DNA from: Macrostomum hystrix
Lineage: Eukaryota > Animalia > Platyhelminthes
Assembly: GCA_950097015.1 (NCBI GenBank)
Contig: CATNEN010000038.1
Coordinates: 29,822,001 to 29,886,000 of the forward strand
DNA length: 64,000 nt
Reading direction: 5' to 3'
In this document: piece after piece, positions 12,201 through 23,092 of the stretch
How the letters are laid out: every line of letters begins with the position of its first letter
Position numbering within the stretch: position 1 is the first letter of the stretch
Notes under the pieces: generated by a model
Told to the model about the DNA's origin: nothing
The model's input: the letters and a program-made list of their open reading frames with translations, nothing else
Database searches by the model: none
Translations under genes and position numbers: made by a program

Positions 12201-15200
12201 TCACAGACAGCTACACATCTGTATGATCAACTACTCACAGACAGCTAAACATCTGTATGACCAACTACTCACAGACAGCTACACATCTGTATGATCAACT
12301 ACTCACAGACAGCTACACATCTGTATGATCAACTACTCACAGACAGCTACACATCTGTATGATCAACTACTCACAGACAGCTACACATCTATATGATCAA
12401 CTACTCACAGACAGCTACACATCTGTATGATCAACTACTCACAGACAGCTACACATCTATATGATCAACTACTCACAGACAGCTACACATCTGTATGATC
12501 AACTACTCACAGACAGCTAAACATCTGTATGATCAACTACTCACAGACAGCTAAACATCTGTATGATCAACTACTCACAGACAGCTAAACATCTGTATGA
12601 TCAACCACTCACAGACAGCTACACATCTGTATGATCAACTACTCACAGACAGCTACACATCTGTATGACCAACTACTCACAGACAGCTACACATCTGCAT
12701 GACCAACTACTCACAGACAGCTACACATCTGTATGATCAACTACTCACAGACAGCTACACATCTGTATGATCAACTACTCACAGACAGGTACACATCTGT
12801 ATGATCAACTACTCACAGACAGCTAAACATCTGCATGACCAACTACTCACAGACAGCTACACATCTGCATGACCAACTACTCACAGACAGCTACACATCT
12901 GTATGATCAACTACTCACAGACAGCTACACATCTGTATGACCAACTACTCACAGACAGCTACACATCTGCATGACCAACTACTCACAGACAGCTACACAT
13001 CTGTATGATCAACTACTCACAGACAGCTAAACATCTGTATGATCAACTACTCACAGACAGCTAAACATCTGCATGACCAAATACTCACAGACAGCTACAC
13101 ATCTGTATGACCAACTACTCACAGACAGCTAAACATCTGCATGACCAACTACTCACAGACAGCTAAACATCTGCATGACCAACTACTCACAGACAGCTAA
13201 ACATCTGCATGACCAACTACTCACAGACAGCTACACATCTGTATGATCAACTACTCACAGACAGCTAAACATCTGTATGATCAACTACTCACAGACAGCT
13301 ACACATCTGTATGATCAACTACTCACAGACAGCTACACATCTGTATGATCAACTACTCACAGACAGCTACACATCTGTATGATCAACTACTCACAGACAG
13401 CTACACATCTGCATGATCAACTACTCACAGACAGCTACACATCTGTATGATCAACTACTCACAGACAGCTACACATCTGTATGATCAACTACTCACAGAC
13501 AGCTACACATCTGTATGACCAACTACTCACAGACAGCTACACATCTGTATGATCAACTACTCACAGACAGCTACACATCTGTATGACCAACTACTCACAG
13601 ACAGCTACACATCTGTATGATCAACTACTCACAGACAGCTAAACATCTGTATGATCAACTACTCACAGACAGCTAAACATCTGCATGACCAAATACTCAC
13701 AGACAGCTACACATCTGTATGACCAACTACTCACAGACAGCTAAACATCTGCATGACCAACTACTCACAGACAGCTAAACATCTGCATGACCAACTACTC
13801 ACAGACAGCTAAACATCTGCATGACCAACTACTCACAGACAGCTACACATCTGTATGATCAACTACTCACAGACAGCTAAACATCTGTATGATCAACTAC
13901 TCACAGACAGCTACACATCTGTATGATCAACTACTCACAGACAGCTACACATCTGTATGATCAACTACTCACAGACAGCTACACATCTGTATGATCAACT
14001 ACTCACAGACAGCTACACATCTGCATGATCAACTACTCACAGACAGCTACACATCTGTATGATCAACTACTCACAGACAGCTACACATCTGTATGATCAA
14101 CTACTCACAGACAGCTACACATCTGTATGATCAACTACTCACAGACAGCTACACATCTGTATGATCAACTACTCACAGACAGCTACACATCTGTATGATC
14201 AACTACTCACAGACAGCTACACATCTGTATGATCAACTACTCACAGACAGCTACACATCTGTATGATCAACTACTCACAGACAGCTAAACATCTGTATGA
14301 TCAACTACTCACAGACAGCTAAACATCTGCATGACCAAATACTCACAGACAGCTACACATCTGTATGACCAACTACTCACAGACAGCTAAACATCTGCAT
14401 GACCAACTACTCACAGACAGCTACACATCTGCATGATCAACTACTCAATAAATCAATGACACCTGCACACATATACTTATTTCAATCCAATCTAGCTACC
14501 GTTAAGGAGATTTACAGTCGTGCCAAACTATGAGTAAGACAACAGTTCCATTTCAACTAACCGCCTTCGCTAGTCTGTCGGCCTTGCAGCTCATTCATCA
14601 GCCGGTCCATTGTGCTGTCAATATTTAACTGATTGGTCGAGTTTGGCAAATTAACAGCGTGCTTGAAGCAGGCGGACAGGCAGGTAAGTGCAGCGATGCG
14701 TACTTTTGCCGAACTATTTCCAGAGATCAGTGAACCCTCAGCGCAGGACTGAAAAATGTGCAAACTAAAACTAATAATAAAAATAATTGAAGGAGGGCTA
14801 TGGGCAATGGCACATCATTAAGTGCCAGTAGAACCGCAGCCAGCATAGAGGCAATTCTGGCATTCTGACCATTTCACTGACTCCTGAGCACACGAGCACA
14901 AGATACCATACGCAGGCACACGCTCACACTTTCTCATCGTCGGGCAGTGTATAATTTTACTGTGCCCTAAAGGTTGGCCCTCAATGGCATAAATTGCACA
15001 ACAAGCCCCCAAGCCTTCTCTCTGTGGCTGCACACCAAATAAATATGGCCTCGTCGTGGAATCGAGCTTAGAGACATTGGCTCAAGAGTCAAATGTATTC
15101 ACCACTGTGCAACCTAATTAAATGACAGTTTCTCACTGCCAACTACTCAACAGCTTCATAAATATGTTTAGTTGCTTTAGCCAAAAACTTACAATTTTAT

Positions 15201-16497
15201 TTTACACCTAATTTTATGTTTATTTTATTTACAGTTTAAAATATAATATAAAAGTACCTTGATCTTTGGCAGAAATGAAGACAAAAGCATTGGCGACTGC
15301 GCAACCAGCTTAGTGAAAAAGTCCAAGCCATCCTTTCTGGCATCTTCTGGCTATTAAAACAAAATGGGATATTCTTTGCAAAAAAAAGTAAAAGAAATAA
15401 TTTTTTTACTTTTAAGATATTCCTCTACTTTATGATAAGAATTAAATAATTACAATATTGTTTGCAAAGCAAAATACTTTGAACTAATTACCTTTGAATG
15501 CAATTTGAAAACCACTCCATCTGGTTCATCAAATAGGAAAGAGAGATCTAAAAAGAGACAAAAGTAAGCATAACTTTCAATTATTAATAATTAGGTCAAG
15601 AAAAAGTACTTTAAATAAATGTTGATAGTTTTGTCAAAAATAGCCAGAATGACTTGTTTATTACTATTTCAACATAATATCATGCTTTTAAGGTAGAGGT
15701 TATAGCAGAAAGCTGTGTTTGCAGATTGAAATTATCAAAATAGCTAGTTTCTAATAAGGGCAGCCATAGGAATAGAACATTTACCTTCTAAATGACAGTT
15801 ATAATTTTCAAATTTGCTAGCTCATACAAGCTCATGTATAATACTGATGTACTTTTATACTACATTCAAGAACTAGTTTGCAAGTACTCAGCTAAATAAT
15901 GTTAATTGTATACTGATTCACACTACATGTATTGAATGCTAATGCTAAAGACTAGCTAAATCAAGTATCTTGAGCATAAATACATAGACACAACACTATT
16001 TAGGTGAGTCACAATTTTGCAAGTGAGCTACTCATTTTTAGGCCTTTATAATACAGCAACCCTCCTCATAAGGAACTTAATTACTACTTAAAGTGGAACT
16101 ATGAGTTGTATTACTTCAGAAAAAATCCTAGTAAATTAATACTTTGTACACTTATTACTTAATTAACATTAGCCTAAATAGCAATCCAATTAATACAATT
16201 ATGTAGATAAGCCTAGGAAAACATTTTATATTGAATAAGGCATACTTATATATATATATATATATATAGCTACTTGCTGTTATTGATACACACAAATTAT
16301 TTGCTTGGTCTAAAAGGTTAACTTGCATAACTAAATAACATTAACTTACATTTGTTTTGCTTTCCAAGTTCTTTACTTGTGTTAGGATTCACAAATTCAC
16401 TGAACAAAAAGTTAAAAAACGCTCTCGAATCTTTAAGTTCAACATCTTTTTTCCAAGTATCATTTACAAATCCAACATCGTCATCAGTAGAAGTCAT
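1..16497 (-). CDS. PRKDC: DNA-dependent protein kinase catalytic subunit, N-terminal HEAT region (~1,555 codons, 19 exons, continues past left edge)
   Basis: GT-AG exons with continuous phase: 16350-16497, 15492-15547, 15258-15350, 14562-14748, 11847-11959, 11671-11761, 11454-11599, 10195-10798, 9157-9350, 6772-7067, 6592-6675, 6069-6317, 5276-5624, 3908-4278, 3655-3830, 2436-2869, 1822-2132, 828-1355, 1-236. Motifs recalled from vertebrate DNA-PKcs occur in order: [106 protein letters not shown]. Confidence 0.95.
345..780. repeat. 30-bp minisatellite (gaaggtcaaatcccaacctgaaagatccta), intronic
   Basis: ~14 tandem copies. Confidence 0.95.
828..1355 (-). CDS. PRKDC: PRKDC exon 18
   Basis: ctgcag acceptor, gtaagc donor; RFQTQQQ...LRALLASLECHLW...PHLLGFD. 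Confidence 0.85.
1555..1701. repeat. 16-bp tandem repeat (ctggatgtacttttat)
   Basis: ~9 copies. Confidence 0.9.
1822..2132 (-). CDS. PRKDC: PRKDC exon 17
   Basis: VRWLVGQCGQPEAACR; gtgagt donor. Confidence 0.85.
2436..2869 (-). CDS. PRKDC: PRKDC exon 16
   Basis: [11 protein letters not shown]...[24 protein letters not shown]. Confidence 0.92.
2874..3122 (+). mobile_element. tRNA-derived SINE family A
   Basis: A-box-like tggcagagcgg, degenerate B box gattcc; body (gcttgtcgtgca, ctgacgatgagaaagtcagggcag, tgctcaggagtca) shared with copies at 14810, 54610, 59828. Confidence 0.75.
3215..3545. repeat. 25-bp minisatellite (ttccaataatcttcccatatcctat)
   Basis: ~13 copies. Confidence 0.95.
3655..3830 (-). 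CDS. PRKDC: PRKDC exon 15
   Basis: [24 protein letters not shown]. Confidence 0.9.
3908..4278 (-). CDS. PRKDC: PRKDC exon 14
   Basis: LYFDLPFSDCKPRLYLDPLL...[13 protein letters not shown]. Confidence 0.92.
4290..5250. repeat. 26-bp G-rich minisatellite (gatgggattagggagaatgggagact)
   Basis: Fills almost the whole PRKDC intron. Confidence 0.95.
5276..5624 (-). CDS. PRKDC: PRKDC exon 13
   Basis: GDLLAASLRLLLALP...ALRLGRSWPPLLESALLALERW. Confidence 0.9.
5740..5930. repeat. 19-bp tandem repeat (ctgatgggatatttgctaa)
   Basis: ~9 degenerate copies. Confidence 0.85.
6069..6317 (-). CDS. PRKDC: PRKDC exon 12
   Basis: [18 protein letters not shown]. Confidence 0.9.
6592..6675 (-). CDS. PRKDC: PRKDC exon 11
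   Basis: ELLQHYRIGPIIKWFHPLCQALIEKSS; tgtag acceptor, gtaagt donor. Confidence 0.8.
6772..7067 (-). CDS. PRKDC: PRKDC exon 10
   Basis: MFDSFLSSVLSVIERLDF...[15 protein letters not shown]. Confidence 0.9.
7656..8962 (+). CDS. Nested antisense gene: small secreted Cys-rich PAN/apple-like protein (146 aa; exons 7656-7675 and 8542-8962)
   Basis: ATG ATT TCG GAA AAA CTT TG|gtgagt joins in phase to ctatcag|T TGC CGA, giving MISEKLCCRLIVLNICLLTALTAQVAIA (signal-peptide-like), then TACSLHCAMTSKCRAFTLPDGACQCKLF (PAN/apple C-x3-C-x4-C-xAF...C-x-L pattern). Confidence 0.7.
7722..8472. repeat. 19-20-bp purine-rich satellite (gggagtagaatgggaagat)
   Basis: Tandem array inside the intron of the nested gene. 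Confidence 0.95.
9157..9350 (-). CDS. PRKDC: PRKDC exon 9
   Basis: VYQSLVRTCSH...ITYKDYLRLW. Confidence 0.88.
9400..10112. repeat. 19-20-bp purine-rich satellite (same family as 7722-8472)
   Basis: Tandem array filling a PRKDC intron. Confidence 0.95.
10195..10798 (-). CDS. PRKDC: PRKDC exon 8
   Basis: [16 protein letters not shown]...LSNLPSFVESLS. Confidence 0.92.
11100..11255 (+). mobile_element. tRNA-derived CORE-like SINE family B
   Basis: B box gttcgattc, then gcaagacacttaact...tcagttcacccagctgttaaatagg resembling the CORE-SINE domain; similar copy at 59013. Confidence 0.65.
11454..11959 (-). CDS. PRKDC: PRKDC exons 5-7 (11847-11959, 11671-11761, 11454-11599)
   Basis: LGTISKYYPE; IASLFECLSSYLCHFT; QRYEAPKQALLLFANH; phases consistent across short introns. 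Confidence 0.85.
11977..14448. repeat. 34-bp minisatellite (acatctgtatgatcaactactcacagacagctac), ~72 copies
   Basis: Homogeneous intronic array. Confidence 0.97.
14562..16497 (-). CDS. PRKDC: PRKDC exons 1-4 (16350-16497, 15492-15547, 15258-15350, 14562-14748)
   Basis: ATG at 16497 in gccATG context; GT-AG junctions all in phase; SAKVRIAALTCL. Weakly conserved N-terminus. Confidence 0.75.
14808..15112 (-). mobile_element. SINE family A copy
   Basis: Reverse-complement similarity to 2874-3122. Confidence 0.7.
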
Positions 16498-19400
16498 GGC
16501 ATATATAACTGGGGGACAAATGTCTGATGAGTATAAGCATGCAATAAGTTATTCAATTACGACTGAAGATAGTCCTATCGCACGCAGCTTCAGCAAAAAA
16601 GAAGTTTTAAAAAAGTTTTAGATCAAATTATACTCGCCAAGCAGTATGCCTAGCTTCTAGATTGCAGCTCCCAAAACTAGGTAGCAAACGGTTGAAAAAC
16701 ACGACATGTCACGCGCTGAGACGAACTGGAAGGCGATTTCTAGTGCATTCGAAAAACTATTTTAAAACAAAAGTTCATGTCAATAAAGCGGTCAGTAGAA
16801 GAAACTTTCTTACTTCTTAAAGTTAACACTGAGTTATTTTGCAAAATTTTGATCAACATGCAAATAAATGTTTTTATTTAGTGCTTAAATTACACAAATT
16901 TTTGTTATTGTTAATCACGGTGTTGAAGTAAAGTCTTTCTGAAAAGGATAATTTATGTACAGTAAACTATTTACTTATAACTGACTGCCACCTGGGCAGC
17001 TTGCTTTACCATTGGGGCTTGTGCTCGCTTTCTGCAGATATGATGAATATTGCATTGAAACATATCTAAAAAGCTTATAGTAATTGATCTTCATTACATT
17101 TTCGTTTATTTATCACGAATCACAATAGAAGCCAATCAGACATAAGACTAGCAAATAGCTTAGACCTACTGTTTTTTTTACTTTTTTTAATTTACCGTTT
17201 CAATTTATGTATTTTTGTGGCATTTCATGATGCTAAAATCTTTCAATATTTTATTGAAAAAATCTTTATAATTCTCGTAATACACTTTATAATTGGTTAG
17301 AAAAGTGACTAAAATTGAGTTAGTCACGAAATAGCTATTATTGACTGGCTATTGCTTCATGACAAAATTGTGAATTTAAACAGCGACTTTCCAGTGAGTT
17401 GGGGTATAATAATCTTTTTTAGGATAGTTTCCCGCGTTCCCTACTTTCCCTGCATCCTTTCCATTTCTCTTCCTTTCTTTCCCTCGATGACTCGACCGTC
17501 GTCTGTGACCTTAAGCTGTCAAAACCCTTCTCGGTCATCTTTTTGACGTAAATAATCTAATTATTTTCTGTCCTTTTGCTTTCAAAATGCGCCCACCCTT
17601 CTTTTTGCATAAATTATATTTTACCGACTTCCCTAACTGTCAAAATTCGCCCACTTCCCTCCCTTCCCCATGATTTGTGACTCTTCCAACTGTCAAGCGC
17701 TCGAACCCCTCCTCCCTTTCCCACTGCGCACATGGCCATAAATCATATTTTCTTTTTAGATTGCACCCACCTTTCTCCCTTCCCATTTCATAAATCATTT
17801 TGTTCCGTAATCGCGCACCCACACCCCTCACAGGTAATATATCATCCCTTCTCCCGAGCCCTCACCCACCCCACTCCCTCCCCGACCAATCACCGATCAG
17901 CACGCGAGGCACATGATCTGGCTGTCCAACATCTCGGTCAAGGTCGGGCTGATCACGCGATCACGGCGTAAGCGCTTGACTCTGGGCTCTATTTAAGCGA
18001 GTGTTGCGGCGCGCAGTTCAAGCAGACCTTTCGTTCCGTACCGATCTCTTTCGTTACCGTTCATTGTCCGTATACTGGTTCCTTCCGTTTCCTTTCGGAT
18101 TCGTCCCGACCGTTCTGGCTAAGATTTTGTGTTCGCTTCGTTCTTATCCGTTCTCGTACCTCGGTTCGCCCCTCGGCATCTTCACCGACTAGTAGACTTC
18201 AACAACCGCAACTTCAGCGTCTGACAGCCACCGGCACCGTCACCTTTCCGGTCTCTAAGCCGCGCCGCCCGACCTTGCCTGCAGCCAGAGCCTCGCCGCC
18301 GGATTGGTGAGTGTCGCTTCCCTTGGGTTTGCTCGCTCTTTTCCCATCTCTCACTCTCTTCTCATTCCCATTCTTTTCCCATTCCCACCTCTATATCTCC
18401 TAATTTACCATTTTAATTTCTGTTTTAATTTTGGCATTACATAATAGAACAATTTAATTAAATAGGATAATTAACCTTTTACATAATTAACTAATTATTT
18501 CCTGTTTGAATGAGGTCATGAGTATACCAAGGACAACTGAAGTATTATATATAACGTAACTTCAGTTATCCTTGGAGTATACTCAGAGTGGACATTTCCG
18601 CAACACAGAACCAAAAGTCCATCGACGATTGACAGACGAATAAACATGCGTACTTAAACTGAATGCAATACGAATTGATACAGTATGTCTTTAACTTAAA
18701 AGCTAATGTAAGACTAATGTAATTCTAATGTACTATTTAGACATTGCACGCGAGACTATATGGAAGCCGAACCTTAACCTGTACTTGCATCGTTGGGGCC
18801 TGGTGACTAGGAGTTAACACCAATCTTAAAGAAGTACGTAGACTGTCTCTATCTGGACACGCTCGACCTTGGGCGGGCCCCCTATCCTAGCTGCATCCCT
18901 ATAAATCCCTATGCATAAGTCCTCTCTCTTGCTCAACCGTCTATACTACCTGTGAACACCTCGCATACGAGTAGTGTCCCTATTCCGACCATGGGCCTTG
19001 GGGGTTAGCCAAAAGCACTTCTCTTTTAGAGCGGACGCCCCATTTCGTCAGGGCCAGTTGGTTGTGCTGTCCAGTAGGTATGGCTGGTGGCAGCCCTGAC
19101 TAGCAGGTCCTACCCTCTCAAAACCCTGGTCTCTTCCCCTTGGTCCGTGGGATCTTGGCCACTCGGTCACACCCAAATCTACCCATGTCATCAGAGGTGG
19201 AGTAGCTACGGAGTGATTGGCCCGGTTCTCCTCTCTTCTATCCCTTTGGTGCCGGCAACGCCTTCGGGAGAGTCAAGCTGAAAGGGGGCAACAAAAGGCG
19301 GGAGGCGGGCGTGCCTGCGAAGTTGGCGTGCTGCATTGCGCATATTTTATACTTTCAGAAAAAACGCGAGAGCGAGATAGAGGGGCCTAGGGAGGTGCGA

Positions 19401-20065
19401 AAAGGTGGCGTGACTTCGCAAACCCTGGCTTAGCGAGCCGTCTGGCTGGGACCTGGGTGCCCCAACCCCCAAACTTAACTAGACTGAGGTTGAGGGGTTT
19501 TGGTGCGGCTGCACTGCTGGCTCTGGCCGGTCACGTGTTGACTGTCATTATTGATCTTTAAAACTAAAATAAAATGAAGATCAATAAAGAAATTTTCTAA
19601 AATTCATTGATGCAACATGTTTTGCAAGTTTTATTAAAATTACTGCATTTGATCTTCTTCCAAAAAGGTTATCAACATTTTAATGTGAAAAGACGTGAAA
19701 ACTTCCTATCTCGCTAGTGCATTTTTTCCGTGAAAATCAGGCTTTAATAAATTTTCATCTTCTAGTGGTCCTTGGGTGGCATGTTAATTAAATTCACAGC
19801 AGCCTCTCATCTCTTGATTCGCCGGTAGAAAATGTAGTGAGTACCCCGTTTCTCAATGGCACTGAGAGTGAAAGAGATTCTTCCCAGCTTGAGCATTGTA
19901 CTCTTCGCGGTCTTTTTTGTTGATTTCGTCGCTGAGCATAATCTTTTTGTCGCCAACGTCCAAGGCACACTGAGAGTGAACACTACCTGACGATGAGAAA
20001 GTCAGGGCAGGAGAATAATAAAAAAGTTTATGTAAGGTAACAGTCCAACCAAAACCGGAAATATA

Positions 20066-20990
20066 CGAGGGTTGTGTCATAAATTCGCTGACAAACTTAC
20101 ATAGCGTCTGTTTCTTTTGTACTTTGGGGCAGAATTTTTTGATACAGACAAAGGCACCATCGATCTTATTGTCTATGGAAAATCTTCCCTCTGGCTTTTG
20201 AGACAACGCCGAAATCGAGTGGCATTCAAACCACCCTTTAAGCCAGTATGGAGAAAAGTGAAGCTACCAAGCGCAGCCATTTGGTCGTTGTGGAAGCAGC
20301 AGAAGAAGCAGGCTGATATTTACCGCGAGCTGCTGCAAATCTTTAGCGAGGATGCACCTTCGAAACAAACTGTGTCAAACTAAACTGCTTACTCCTGTCC
20401 AACTGCAAGAGAGGGTCCAGATGTGCCGCCACCTACTCAACGCCTATCAAAACGAGCCTGACTTTCTTGGCCGATGGTGACTGGTGATGAAACGTGGTTT
20501 CACTTCTACGAACCAGAAACTAAACGGCAGAGCAGCGTCTGGAAGGCTACTCACGAACCCCCACCGGTCAAGGCCAAGGCGGTGCAGTCAGCAGGTAAGC
20601 GCATGGCCACCGTGTTCTGGGACAGAGAAGGCATTTTGCTGATCGAGTGGCTACCTGAAGGCAGAACCATCAATGCCCAGTACTACTGTGAAATATTGGA
20701 ACGGCTGCGTGAGAAGATCAAGAGTGAGCGCCGGGGAAGGATCACAAGGGGCATTGAGCTGCAGCAGGACAACGCCAGGCCGCATACCTGCAAAGCAACT
20801 ATGGCTGTCATCAGGAGACTAGGCTTCGAGTTGCTGCCTCACCCTGCCTATTCTCCTGACCTGGCCCCCAGTGACTTCTGTGTGCAGCTTGGGGTGACTA
20901 TGTTGAGAAATGCAATGTTGACAATTAGCTGTTCTTTATTTTGTTTCTTTGATATTTGCAGTTGTCAGCGAATTTATGACACAACCCTCG
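20066..20990 (+). mobile_element. Mariner (DD34D) transposon, internally deleted and defective
   Basis: ~29-bp TIRs cgagggttgtgtcataaattcgctgacaa, TA on the left flank. Transposase motifs VTGDETW, QQDNARPH, HPAYSPDLAPSDF; frameshifted HTH fragment; C-terminus missing. Confidence 0.93.
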
Positions 20991-21664
20991 AATATCCGAA
21001 CAAAGTCGTGAAATAAACATTATAATTTCAATTTAAAATCGTTGTACGATTTTCGGCACATTAGAAGCGACAGAAAGAAAACAACGTGATTTTCTAAAAA
21101 GGCATCAATAGCAACAGTCTCAAGAAGCCATGCATTAGCCAATAGAGAAAGAGAAGAAAGACGGTAGGCTTGGAGAGAGAAGAGGAGAGAAGCACGGATG
21201 GTTGATGTCGCTTCCCCTATGTCTCCAATTTTTCTATACCTCTGCAGTTCGCTTCGAAAATTCGCAAAGTGCTTGCGCCTGCGAGCAATGGAAAGCCTGT
21301 CACCTGGCTAAACCAGCAGATATACCTCTTTTGAGGAAGACATGAGACGAAAATTAGCCTCAACCCTCTCCCTCTCAGTTTCTTCCCTATTTTCTCCCAA
21401 TCCATGCATCCACATCTGGCTTTCTCCTTCCCTAGCGCGGTCGCGGTTGGCCGCCGGGTCTCGCCTCACGTGCGTCAGATTTTGTTTTAAATAATGCCTC
21501 TTCTCTCTTTTCATTTGAAAAAAATACGTCCTACTCAGATCGCCTAAGAGCATCTAAGAGCTTTTTATAGAAAATATAAAGCAGCTATTTGAGCCGCACT
21601 CAACAGACTCACAGCCAAGGTACTTTTCTATCAGGTTTCTTTCTGGAAGAAGCACTGCAAAATC

Positions 21665-23092
21665 ATGAATATAGAACAAGGCCTGCAGAACCAAATCGCA
21701 AATGACGATGCAAGCCAAAGGCTTCAATCTAGCTCGACGCTTTCAACAAGTCGACGCATGTTCAACAGCGGGCCTCTGGCCCTTCTAGTTGGCTGTTTCA
21801 CGCCAACCAACCTAGCCGAGTCCATTGCCGAGCGTCTAGCTCTGTCCATCCAGTGCGGCAGCGCCAGCGACGTTGAGCGGGTTCTGCAGCAGAAGCTGCC
21901 CCGCCCGCCAAATCGAATTACACTCACTGTTAAGCGGCATCACCTCAGTCCGGACTTTGTCACTTGGACTAACCACAATCAGGATCCATTCTTGCATTTT
22001 CACCAGGAGTGTTCGCCAGTGGTTTGGGCCATAGACAACCAGCGCTGGCAGATGCTGCCAGTGCTAGCTCGATACGGCTTCGACCCCAATCGACCAATGA
22101 GCTGTCGGCGTTGGAGCAACGGCCATCCCGCTTCCGCTCGCGTCTTCGCGATGCCCTACCAGAAGTTCTGGACAAAGGGGCGGTATACCTATCAATCGGC
22201 GCTTGATTATTATTTCGGCTCAATCTACGAATTCCTGGATGAAGGCATGAGAAGCGCCACGAATTCAAGACGCGGTTATTCGACGCCCTCGTCGTTTTAT
22301 CACTTCTTCCAGCATTTGCCGCAGCTGCTGCACTGCGGCGTTGATGTCCATCGTATCGACACCATCATGCTGTTCAACTCGCTGGGCCAGTCGCTTAACT
22401 GGTACCTTACCAGGTACACAAGCGCTAGCAACACCGTACCAGACATACCACAGCAGAGGCACAGCTGCGCAGAGCTCTACACAGTCCAGGCCCTGACTCG
22501 CTCCGGCTTCTCCGAGTTCGAATGTCTCGAATTCATCTCGTCTACGCACAGTGTGTTCGGCACCCTGATCTGCCTGCTTTGTCATCCTCGACTAGAAGCT
22601 TATCCGCAATACGACCTGCCTCCGTTCATCCAGGAATGCGCCTTGCTGCTCATTAACCTGCTCTGTCTGAACAGCATGCGACCAACTAGAGAAGAGATGC
22701 GCGAATGCCTCGAGAACCAATCCTTGCGCAAACTCTACTCAAAACGCTACTCGGAGCGTCGCAAAGAGTTTAAGGCCAAGCTGGACCAGCTGACCGAGGC
22801 TTGCCTCGGGATGGCGAACCGGCAGCCGAAGTCGCTCTGTCTTCTGGCTAGAAACGCAGTCAGGCGTAAAATGGGCGGCTCAAATTTTCAGGCTCGAGTG
22901 CGCCGGCTCCCCAACTGCCCAGTGGACGTGGCCGCATTCATCTCTTACATCGACAGCGATTGTCTCCACATGTTGCAACGTCGAATGCCCCGAAGCCTAC
23001 TTAACCTGGCCAAAGGTGTGAATCCTTTTATTAGGCGACGCAGCGTCGGTGACGATACCGAGGACAGCGACGCTTGGGAATCGGCCGTTTAA
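21665..23092 (+). CDS. Ankyrin-like repeat and SOCS box protein (ASB-like, 475 aa, intronless CDS)
   Basis: Long ORF; ankyrin-like SPVVWAIDNQRWQMLPVLARYGFDPN; C-terminal SOCS box PKSLCLLARNAVRRKMG...VRRLPNCPVDVAAFI. Confidence 0.8.
   Translation: MNIEQGLQNQIANDDASQRLQSSSTLSTSRRMFNSGPLALLVGCFTPTNLAESIAERLALSIQCGSASDVERVLQQKLPRPPNRITLTVKRHHLSPDFVTWTNHNQDPFLHFHQECSPVVWAIDNQRWQMLPVLARYGFDPNRPMSCRRWSNGHPASARVFAMPYQKFWTKGRYTYQSALDYYFGSIYEFLDEGMRSATNSRRGYSTPSSFYHFFQHLPQLLHCGVDVHRIDTIMLFNSLGQSLNWYLTRYTSASNTVPDIPQQRHSCAELYTVQALTRSGFSEFECLEFISSTHSVFGTLICLLCHPRLEAYPQYDLPPFIQECALLLINLLCLNSMRPTREEMRECLENQSLRKLYSKRYSERRKEFKAKLDQLTEACLGMANRQPKSLCLLARNAVRRKMGGSNFQARVRRLPNCPVDVAAFISYIDSDCLHMLQRRMPRSLLNLAKGVNPFIRRRSVGDDTEDSDAWESAV

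Noticed and set aside
11977-14448. 34-bp array as a CRISPR array
   Set aside because: Head-to-tail units with no unique spacers, no cas genes, eukaryotic intron
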